DNA of 64,000 nucleotides from NCBI GenBank assembly GCA_963740275.1, contig CAVUDT010000007.1, forward strand, positions 124,103-188,102. The letters run 5' to 3'. How positions within the stretch are numbered: the stretch's first letter is position 1; every line of letters begins with the position of its first letter. This DNA is from an uncultured Acidobacteriota bacterium. GTDB taxonomy: Bacteria; Acidobacteriota; Vicinamibacteria; Vicinamibacterales; 2-12-FULL-66-21. The notes under the pieces are model-generated. The model saw nothing but the letters and a program-made list of their open reading frames with translations, was not told the origin of the DNA and did no database searches. Both the position numbers and the translations under genes were made by a program. Shown here piece by piece: positions 20,552-28,587 of the stretch.

Positions 20552-22167
20552 CGACGCTGCGTGACATCGAGCTCACCGGTTCCAACCGGATCGGCGGACG
20601 TGAGTCGCGGGCGGGGGGTGGCACCTTCCGGTCGCAGGACCCTCGCAGCGGCGCCCCGGGTGATGTCGCGTTCGCGGAAGCGACCGCGGACGAGGTCGGC
20701 GTGGCGGCGGCGCTGGCCGGCGACACCTTCCGCAAGTGGCGCACCTCGCGTCCGGCGGATCGTGCGCGATTTCTCCGCGCCGCGGCGGCGGGCTTGCGCG
20801 AATCGCGCGAGCGCATCGTCTCGATCGCCAACGCCGAGACCGGCCTGGGGGACGCACGGCTGAACGGCGAGCTCGATCGCACCTGCGTCCAGCTCGAAGC
20901 CTTCGCCGAGCTGCTCGAAGACGGCTCCTACGTCGAGGCGATCATCTCGCTCGCTGACCCCCAGGCGAAGCCGGCACCCCGCCCCGACGTCCGCCGGATG
21001 CTCGTCCCGATCGGGCCGGTCGCGGTGTTCACCCCCAGCAACTTCCCGCTGGCGTTCGGCGTCGCCGGCGGCGACACCGCCTCGGCGCTGGCGGCCGGCT
21101 GTCCGGTAATCGTCAAGGGACATCCGGCACACGGCGGGACGTCGGAAGCCTGCGCCCGGGCGGTCGAAGCCGCGGCTGCCGCGACCGGCACACCCGCCGG
21201 CGTATTGTCACTCCTGCAGTCGCGTTCGGTCGAGACCGCGCAGGCCCTGGTCAGGGCGCCGGCGCTCGAAGCGATCGCATTCACGGGTTCGGAAACCGCC
21301 GGACGCGCGATTCACGATGTCGCCGCCTCCAGGCCGCGGCCGATCCCGGTCTACGCCGAGATGGGCAGCGTCAACCCGCTCTTCATCGGCAGTGCCGCAC
21401 TGGACGCGCGGGCGGCGGAAATCGCCGACGGGCTGGCCGGCTCGATCACGATGGGCACCGGCCAGTTCTGCACCAAGCCCGGCCTGGTGTTCGTGCCGGA
21501 CGATGAGCGGGGGCGCGCGTTCTCGCGGGAGCTTGCCGCGAGGGTCGCGGCTCGCCCCGCCGGATTCATGCTGTATCCGGGCCTCCACGCGACCCTGTCG
21601 GATCGCGTCGGCCGGATGACCGCGCTGCCCGGGGTCGCCCTCCTCACGCCCGGCGATGTCCCCGAGTCAGGGGCTGGCGGTGCCCTGGCGCGTCCAGGCG
21701 TCGTGGTCTCGACCGACGTCGCCACGTTTCTCGCCACGCCGGCTCTCTCGGAGGAGCATTTCGGTCCGGTGTCGGTGGTGGTGCACTGCGAGCCGGCACG
21801 GATGATCGACCTTGCCCGGCAGCTACACGGCAACCTGACCGCCACCATCCACGCCGAACCGGCGGAGCACGAGTGGGCCGCCACCCTCGCCGACGCGCTG
21901 GTCGAGCATGTCGGGCGCGTCGTCTGGAACGGCTACCCGACCGGCGTCGCCGTGACCCCAGGCATGTACCACGGCGGGCCCTACCCCGCGAGCACCGCCC
22001 CGGCCCACACATCGGTCGGCGTCACGGCGATCCGCCGCTTTCTCCGGCCGGTGGCGTTCCAGAACACCCCCGACGCGCTGCTGCCGGAGGCGCTGCAGGA
22101 CGCGAACCCGCTCGGTATCCAGCGGCAGCTGCACGGCGCCTGGACGCGGGAGCGGGCCGCACGTTAG
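20548..22167 (+). CDS. NADP-dependent aldehyde dehydrogenase, alpha-ketoglutaric semialdehyde dehydrogenase (KGSADH) type
   Basis: GELDRT; GPVAVF..SNFPLAF..AGGDTASALAAGCPVIVKGHPAH; FTGS; EMGSVNP; GQFCTKPG; EEHFGP; HGGPYPAST..TSVG..AIRRFLRPV. Confidence 0.9.
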   Translation: MTTLRDIELTGSNRIGGRESRAGGGTFRSQDPRSGAPGDVAFAEATADEVGVAAALAGDTFRKWRTSRPADRARFLRAAAAGLRESRERIVSIANAETGLGDARLNGELDRTCVQLEAFAELLEDGSYVEAIISLADPQAKPAPRPDVRRMLVPIGPVAVFTPSNFPLAFGVAGGDTASALAAGCPVIVKGHPAHGGTSEACARAVEAAAAATGTPAGVLSLLQSRSVETAQALVRAPALEAIAFTGSETAGRAIHDVAASRPRPIPVYAEMGSVNPLFIGSAALDARAAEIADGLAGSITMGTGQFCTKPGLVFVPDDERGRAFSRELAARVAARPAGFMLYPGLHATLSDRVGRMTALPGVALLTPGDVPESGAGGALARPGVVVSTDVATFLATPALSEEHFGPVSVVVHCEPARMIDLARQLHGNLTATIHAEPAEHEWAATLADALVEHVGRVVWNGYPTGVAVTPGMYHGGPYPASTAPAHTSVGVTAIRRFLRPVAFQNTPDALLPEALQDANPLGIQRQLHGAWTRERAAR

Positions 22168-22308
22168 TTGCGCGGGCTCAAAGTCCGAGCCGCCGCGCGA
22201 AATGCCAGTCGCTGCCGCTCTCACCGCATCTCATGCCCTCCTGTTCAGAGGTCAGAGGACCACGAGTCGCTTGTGGTCCCAACACTCCTATTCACCCTTA
22301 GCTAAATG

Positions 22309-22338
22309 CTCTGGTGCTCTGCGCTCTCTGCGGTGATC
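22309..22338. repeat. Half copy of CGCAGAG-family REP-like element
   Basis: CTCTGGTGCTCTGCGCTCTCTGCGGTGAT resembles the right arms at 5605-5633 and 13195-13212. Confidence 0.45.
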
Positions 22339-22369
22339 GAGCTATCCGCCCTCACTGGATCAAGACACC

Positions 22370-24718
22370 CTAGAAGGTCGTCTGGATCCGCTTGCCGGCG
22401 TAGGTGATCTCTTTTTCCGTGCCGGCCGGAAGCAGCAGCAGCTTGAACACCCGCTTCCGGGCCACGTTGGTGGCTCCCTTTGGCCCGCCCGGCTCGATCG
22501 TGAGCTGCCTGGTGCGATCGTTCCACGCGATCCGCGTCCAGGTGCCTCTCGCCTTCAAGTAGTCCTGGCTCATCCCATCGTCTTCGTAGAGCGTGTAGTC
22601 GCCATCCGCGCCGCCGTAGATCCGCAGCGTCGTCGGCTCGGTCACCGGCTCGGTGGTGTACTGGCGGACCGGGTCGACCGGGATGATCGCGCCGGCGCGG
22701 ACGTAGATGGGCATGGTCGCGAGGTCGACGTCACGGTTGACGTTCTGGCCGCCGGCTGACTTGGCATTCGTCCACCAGTCGTACCAGTCACCCTTCGGGA
22801 GATAGACCTCGCGCGAGGTCGCCCCCTTGGTGAACACCGGGGCGATCAGCAGGTCCCGGCCCCACATGAACTGATTGCCGAGGGCACGCGCGCGCGTGTC
22901 GTCCGGATAGTGCAGCCACATGGCGCGCATCAGCGGCAGGCCGCTGTCGCGCGCCTCCCAGGCCAGCGTGTAGGTGTACGGCAGCAGCTGGTAGCGCAGC
23001 TCCGCATACTTCTTGGCCACCGGCTCGATCTTCGGATTGTTCAACTCCGACTCGAGGATGTTGCGGGGATGGTCGGGGCCTACCGGCGAGTTCGTGTTGT
23101 TGTTCTCCCGCGGCCCCATCTCGCTCAATCCCCAGCCCCACGGCAGGCGGGTCCACCAGTTTCGGCCATGGGAGCGGAACGAGCCGCAGAACGCGGCGAA
23201 CTGGAACCAGCGCGCATACAGCTCACCGGTCAGCTCGTTGTTTGGATAGAAGCCGCCGATATCCGATCCCCAGTAGGGGCCGATGCTGAGCGAGTAGTTG
23301 ATCCCGACTGCGATCTGCGCTTCGAGCGTCTTCCACGAGCTGTCGGTGTCGCCGGACCACACCCAGCCGCCCCACTGCGCGATCCCCGGATAACCGTTCC
23401 GCTGCAGGCTCCAGGGGCGGACGTTCGGCTGCGTCGACAGATGCCCCTGGTAATAGAGCTGGTGCCGCTTGATGCGTTCGAACAGGTTGAACCAGTCTCC
23501 TTCGTCGGGCCAGAACGCGTCGATGCCCGTCTTCACGAGCGGCACGTGCTCCTGCCAGTAGTTCTGAATGTGCGATGGGTCGAGCGTTTCGCCCGGCCGG
23601 GCCGGGATCGTTCCATGGAGCGTCGACAGACGGTCGCGGTCCCACGGGACCATGTGCACGACGACCTTCACGTTGTTGGCGTGCATGTCGGCGATCACCG
23701 CCTTGGGGTCGCGCTTGAACACCTCGGGGCTGAAGTCGAACGAGGGCTGTTTCGTATTCCAGCCTCGCGGGGCGAATCCGGTGCCGAGGTAGATCACCGC
23801 GTCGACCGGGATCTTCTTCTCGCGAAACGTCTTCACGATCCCGAGGATCTGCGCGTCGTCCTCGAGGGTGCGGTGCGACTGCATGTAGCCGAGCGCCCAC
23901 ACCGGCGGCATCGCGGCGGGGCCGGTGATCACCGAGAAGTCCTTCATCGCCCTGACGGGATCCTGGGCGTCGAAGATGAAGACGTCGTACAGGCCGGGGA
24001 TCACCACCTCGGGGGGCGGCAACCCCTTCGCCAGCGCCTGCTGCTGATTGCGCTCGTTCTGCGGCAGGCGGTCCGCATCGGTCGGCTTCCACGGCAGATA
24101 GATGCCGCGGTCGGCGTTCCGCAGGTCGATCTGGCCCCACGGGGCGGCCACGAACATGCCCCAGCCGCCGGTCCCGAGCAGCATCGCGGCCGGGTTGCGC
24201 GAGCCGTACATGTCGGCCTGCCAGCGCGGCTGCATCGTGTCCAGCTGGCCGCGCCGATCGAACTGCACGGTGTGTTCGCGCCAGTTTGCGCCGCGGCCCG
24301 GCAGCGGGCCGCCTTCACCCATCCCGAGCACCGGGGCATCGTCCAGCTTGAACGAGACGTTGCCGTCGGCTTCGAAGACAAGCTCCTGGACGACGCGGCC
24401 GTTGCTGCTCTTGACACTCACCGTGAGCGGATTCGGCCGCACGTCGACCGTCAGACCGCCGACCTTTCGCTGCACCGGCCCGGTGAGCTCACGCAGGCTG
24501 AGGGCAGGAGCCGGGTACTGGCGGAGCGCGATCGCGGGATTGACCGGAAAGTCCTCCTTGAAGGTGACCGGCTTGAGCGTGACGCGGATGCTCCGCTCGC
24601 CGGCCGCGCGCACGTCGAGCTGGGCGGGCTGTCCGGCGGCCGTGATCTGCTGTGCATCGGCGGCCGCTGGGCCGGTCAGCAAAGCGATGAGAAAAAGGAC
24701 TCGTTGAACTCTACGCAT
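22370..24718 (-). CDS. Glycoside hydrolase family 31 (alpha-glucosidase/xylosidase), secreted
   Basis: Signal peptide; PPVWALGYMQS; IPVDAVIY; FWPDEGD; WSGD; GSDIGGF; ELYARWFQ; RYQLLPYTY; QFMWGRDLLIAP; LYEDDG. Confidence 0.92.
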   Translation of the reverse strand: MRRVQRVLFLIALLTGPAAADAQQITAAGQPAQLDVRAAGERSIRVTLKPVTFKEDFPVNPAIALRQYPAPALSLRELTGPVQRKVGGLTVDVRPNPLTVSVKSSNGRVVQELVFEADGNVSFKLDDAPVLGMGEGGPLPGRGANWREHTVQFDRRGQLDTMQPRWQADMYGSRNPAAMLLGTGGWGMFVAAPWGQIDLRNADRGIYLPWKPTDADRLPQNERNQQQALAKGLPPPEVVIPGLYDVFIFDAQDPVRAMKDFSVITGPAAMPPVWALGYMQSHRTLEDDAQILGIVKTFREKKIPVDAVIYLGTGFAPRGWNTKQPSFDFSPEVFKRDPKAVIADMHANNVKVVVHMVPWDRDRLSTLHGTIPARPGETLDPSHIQNYWQEHVPLVKTGIDAFWPDEGDWFNLFERIKRHQLYYQGHLSTQPNVRPWSLQRNGYPGIAQWGGWVWSGDTDSSWKTLEAQIAVGINYSLSIGPYWGSDIGGFYPNNELTGELYARWFQFAAFCGSFRSHGRNWWTRLPWGWGLSEMGPRENNNTNSPVGPDHPRNILESELNNPKIEPVAKKYAELRYQLLPYTYTLAWEARDSGLPLMRAMWLHYPDDTRARALGNQFMWGRDLLIAPVFTKGATSREVYLPKGDWYDWWTNAKSAGGQNVNRDVDLATMPIYVRAGAIIPVDPVRQYTTEPVTEPTTLRIYGGADGDYTLYEDDGMSQDYLKARGTWTRIAWNDRTRQLTIEPGGPKGATNVARKRVFKLLLLPAGTEKEITYAGKRIQTTF

Positions 24719-24751
24719 TTTGTCGTGCTCCTCTACTCGCGCACACCCGGC

Positions 24752-25670
24752 CTATCTCGGCGGCTGTGGTTGACGGACCCTGCCCACGTAAACGTTGCCC
24801 GGCATCCTGGTCGCCGGGATGATCTGCCTTACCAGCTCGTACAGCCGCGGATCTGCCTCGAGCAGTGTCTCGGGCCCGCGGCCGCTCCCGAACACGTAGG
24901 CCTCGATGCCGGTCGCCCAGTACTCGTTGAAGTTGTTGCCGGGATAGCCCTGCGCCGACGAGAGCCCCTGTTTCCTGGCGGCCGCGTAGGCCGCTTCCAC
25001 GGCTTTCCGGTATTCCGGGTCAACCGTGTAGATCGCTCCTCTCATGATCCCATGAGAGAACTCGTGAACGCAGATCGAGCTGCCGAAGTACCGGGTGCCG
25101 GGATAGCCGAGCAGGTTCTCCTCGGCGCACGAGGTCGTGTTCTCGCCGTCCGGCTCCCCGCCGAAGCCACGACCGCGTGCGTTCCAGGTACTGCTCGCCG
25201 GTCATCGTGCCGACACCCCCGGGCTTGTTGTAGTTCTCCTTCTGCTCCGGCGTGAGCCGCTCGTCGTCGATCTTCGGCAGCAGCCGGTACTTTCGGTGCT
25301 CCGGAATGTCGTAGGTCAGCTCGGTCTGGGCCATGATCGCGAGCTTCCACTTTTTTCGTATGAGCTCCTTGCGCAGGTCGGGCCGGTTGGCGAGCATGAA
25401 CTGGACGATGTCGCGGGCCATCAGGAGCGCGGCGTCCGGCACCTTTGCCGACGTCACCACCGGAATGCCGAGCGCGTCGACGTGCTTCTTGTAGAAGGGA
25501 TCGAGCTCGAGTGCGGCCGGCGGAGCCGTCACGGTGAACGCGATGTAGTCCTGCAGAAGCGCGGGTGCCCCCTTCTGCGCACCTGCGCGATCCTGGCTCT
25601 CGACGCCGGCCGTTACCAGCAGCAGCGCGGTCGCCAGCAGGACGGGCGAAACAGTCATCGACCGCATCAC
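24752..25670 (-). CDS. Secreted HEXXH zincin-like protein (apparent frameshift at ~25187), paralog of 55735-56814
   Basis: LDPFYKK..GIPVV.SAKVPDAALL; after removing one base: YWNARGRGFGG..AEENLLGYPGTRYFGSSICVHEFSHG..EYWATG. Confidence 0.7.
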
Positions 25671-25715
25671 GATCCTCCATCTGCGTCTGCCGCCGGAACG
25701 GCGCGCCCGGGATGG

Positions 25716-26603
25716 CTACGCTTCAATCGTCTCGACGCCGGCATTCGAAATAGTGACCTGCATCAGATCCTCGCCCCAGATCACCCGGCCGGCGAACTCC
25801 TGCTGGATCTCGTGGACGATCCGCTCGCGGACACCTGGCCGGTCGATCTGGGCGAGAAGGTGGGTGAGCACCAGCGTCTTCACCCCGGCACGCGCGGCGA
25901 TCGCCGCGTTGTCGCGGTGATTTCCGCACGCTGCCCGGTAGCTCGCGGTCGGCTCGGTCCCGCTGAAATAGTGGTTCATGTGGATGAGCACGTCGCACCC
26001 GCGCGCGAGCTCGACCAGTTCTTCGCTCACGCCGCTGTCCCCCGAATAACACACCGAGCCCGCGTCGCTGTCGAGGCGGAACGCGAGGCACTCCAGGTGC
26101 GGCTGGACGTGCGAGGCCTGCCCCACCGTGACCTTCCAGCCGCCGCCCTCGACCACGTCCCCCGGATGGACCTCCTTCACCCGGGGGGCCGGCCGCATCC
26201 GGGGAGCCGTGCCGCCGCGGGCTTCGAAGACGTCGATGCTGCTCTGATGCTCGATCCGGGCGCGAATGTCGGGACCGTAGACACCCTCTTCGCCGAAGAG
26301 GAGGTCGGTCATGCGGGCGATCGGGGTCGGACCGTAGACCTCGAGGTCAGGAATCCGGCCCGCCCCCATGTCCCAGCGCTGGAGCACGAGGCGCCCGTAG
26401 TCCATGCAGTGGTCGTAGTGGAGATGACTGAAGAACGCGTGGCTGACCTGCCCGGCATGATGGCCGCTCTCGAGCAGCCGGTGATGGGCGCCCGGGCCGT
26501 GGTCCATGACGAGGAGATCGCCGCCCACCTCGAACAGATAGCCGGCGCTCTGGCGCACCAGCGATGGTGCGGGCGTGCCGGTTCCGAGAAGGGTGATCTT
26601 CAT
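25716..26603 (-). CDS. MBL-fold metallo-hydrolase (RNase Z/arylsulfatase-like)
   Basis: MKITLLGTGTP; SHLHYDH; YSGDSG; DVLIH; LVLTH. Confidence 0.85.
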   Translation of the reverse strand: MKITLLGTGTPAPSLVRQSAGYLFEVGGDLLVMDHGPGAHHRLLESGHHAGQVSHAFFSHLHYDHCMDYGRLVLQRWDMGAGRIPDLEVYGPTPIARMTDLLFGEEGVYGPDIRARIEHQSSIDVFEARGGTAPRMRPAPRVKEVHPGDVVEGGGWKVTVGQASHVQPHLECLAFRLDSDAGSVCYSGDSGVSEELVELARGCDVLIHMNHYFSGTEPTASYRAACGNHRDNAAIAARAGVKTLVLTHLLAQIDRPGVRERIVHEIQQEFAGRVIWGEDLMQVTISNAGVETIEA

Positions 26604-26736
26604 GAGCGACTGACAGTCGAACCGGGCCTCCCGTCCTCATCTCTGCGTCTCTGCGCGTGGGGCTGCCGACGCGCAACACTAACGTACGAGACCGGGAGCC
26701 GGGGCATCCGTTAATGTTATGAACTCATTACATGCG

Positions 26737-28005
26737 TCAGGCGCCGGGAAGGATGAACAGCAGCCAGGTCACCAGCGGCGCGGTCGCGACCATGACCGCA
26801 CCCCAGACCAGCAGACCGCGGTAGACGTGGGCCCGCTCCTCGGGCGCGGCGTTCGCTACGACGAGGGCGCCGACGGTGGAGAAGGGCGTCGAGTCGACGA
26901 CCGTGGCCGAGATCGCCAGCGCGGTCACCAGCGCGGTCGGTTCGATGGCTCCTTGCGCGATCAGTGGAATGGCGAGCGGAATCATCGCCCCGAGGATCCC
27001 GGCGCTCGATGCAAAGGCCGAGGTGACCGCACCGACGGCACAGATCAGCAGCGCCGTGACCAGCGGTGTGCTCAGCCCGGCGATGCCGCCGCCGACGGCA
27101 ACGATTGTGCCGTAGCGCTGCAGCGCAGCGACGTAGGTGACGATCCCGCCGACCAGCAGCACCACGCCCCAGGCGATCTGCTTGTCGGCTCCCTCGCTCG
27201 ATGTCGGAAAAATGAAATGGAGCACGGCGCCGGCGGTGAGCGCGACGAATCCCAGGTTCAGGCCGAAGCCGAGCGCCGCGATCGCCACGCTTGTAAGGGC
27301 GAGCAGCGTGCAGGCCTGGTCGACGCGCAGCGGCCGCGCTGACGCGTGCAGCGCCAGTGGGTCAACGACGCCGGCCGCGGGCGGGTCGATCGTCGTGGCG
27401 GGCACGCGCCGCTGACTGCCGTAGACCAGGTAGATGATGGCGGCGAGCCCGACGTTGTAGCCGAGGTTTCCCAGAAAGAGCGCCGCCGACGAGATCTCGA
27501 AGCCGCTCCGCCCGACCGCCTGGACCACGATGGCGCTCAGGACGTTCAGCGGGGAGAAGTTTCCGGCCGCAGCGCCGTGGACGACCATCAGCCCGATCAT
27601 CCGGCGGTCGATCTCGTAGCGGCGCGCCAGGCGCAGGGCCAGCGGTGCGAGCAGCGCGACCCCGGCCGATCCGAGCGCTCCAGCCATCGCCGGCAGCGAC
27701 GCGACGACGAAGACGATCCAGGGGATGAGCGCCCGCCGCCCCTTGACCAGCCGCGCCGCCCCCTCGACCGTCCACTCGACCGTGCCGTTCATCGAGGCAA
27801 TGCCGAACAGGTAGGTGATCCCGACCAGCAGCAGGAGCAGATCCACCGGGAATCCGCTGTACATGGTCGCCGCGGTCTCGCCGGCGAAGATCGTGCCGAC
27901 GAGAAAGGTCATCACCAGCGCGAGCGTCCCGAGGTTGATCGAGCGCAGAGTGCCGACGAGGAAGACGACTACGAGCCCGATGACCCCGACGGCGTGGATG
28001 GACAA
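26737..28005 (-). CDS. SLC13/MatC-like dicarboxylate carrier
   Basis: About 12 hydrophobic segments; INLGTLAL; GFPVDL..L.GITYLF; GNFSP; SAFASS; VVDSTPFST.GAL. Confidence 0.82.
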   Translation of the reverse strand: MSIHAVGVIGLVVVFLVGTLRSINLGTLALVMTFLVGTIFAGETAATMYSGFPVDLLLLLVGITYLFGIASMNGTVEWTVEGAARLVKGRRALIPWIVFVVASLPAMAGALGSAGVALLAPLALRLARRYEIDRRMIGLMVVHGAAAGNFSPLNVLSAIVVQAVGRSGFEISSAALFLGNLGYNVGLAAIIYLVYGSQRRVPATTIDPPAAGVVDPLALHASARPLRVDQACTLLALTSVAIAALGFGLNLGFVALTAGAVLHFIFPTSSEGADKQIAWGVVLLVGGIVTYVAALQRYGTIVAVGGGIAGLSTPLVTALLICAVGAVTSAFASSAGILGAMIPLAIPLIAQGAIEPTALVTALAISATVVDSTPFSTVGALVVANAAPEERAHVYRGLLVWGAVMVATAPLVTWLLFILPGA

Positions 28006-28013
28006 ACGAAGGC

Positions 28014-28535
28014 TCAGTTCTTCCTGTAGGTCGTCTTCGTCGTCGAGGGTTGACCGCCCATCACCGCGCTTCGCGTCGTCTCGACCACGAGCACGGCCGG
28101 CGATTCGAGCGAGAGCACCTGTCGGGTTTCACTGGTCATCGGCTCGCCGCCCTTCGGCGCGCTGAAGCGGTGGGTTGTCGTGATCACCAGCCGGCTGCCG
28201 TCCCACGCGGTGTTCGAGACCTGTTCCTGCGGGCCGCGGCCCATGTTGATGGTGTTCCGGCTCTCGGTTCCGTCGAGCCGATAGACGAACCGGGTCGGCG
28301 GCTGCATGTCGCTGCGTGCGAACTGCGCGTACTCGATGGTGATGGTCGTCGCAGTCTGGGCCACGGTGAAATCGGCGCCCCAGCCGCTGCCCATCGAGCC
28401 GGACGCCGTTCGACCGCCACGCTGGGTTGGCGCCGGGGGGGGATCCGGCGCGAGCACCCACCGGCCGGAGAAGTCGGCCGGGGCCTGGGCGGTCAGCGCC
28501 GCCGCGAACAGCGCCGTCACCGCCGCGCGCATCAT
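28014..28535 (-). CDS. Secreted hypothetical protein (DFSGRW family)
   Basis: Signal peptide, then ADFSGRWVL..YRLDGTESRN..WDGSRLVITT..TTYRK. Confidence 0.7.
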   Translation of the reverse strand: MMRAAVTALFAAALTAQAPADFSGRWVLAPDPPPAPTQRGGRTASGSMGSGWGADFTVAQTATTITIEYAQFARSDMQPPTRFVYRLDGTESRNTINMGRGPQEQVSNTAWDGSRLVITTTHRFSAPKGGEPMTSETRQVLSLESPAVLVVETTRSAVMGGQPSTTKTTYRKN

Positions 28536-28587
28536 TATTTCCACTGGTCGCATAAGCCGCCTCCGCCGGTCAATTGAGCGATAGTGT

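Noticed and set aside
22910-25255. Long antisense/alternative ORFs (e.g. 22910-25255 +, 28651-30618 -, 33302-35224 -, 57079-58728 -)
   Set aside because: Shadow ORFs of real genes, expected at high GC; no recognisable motifs.
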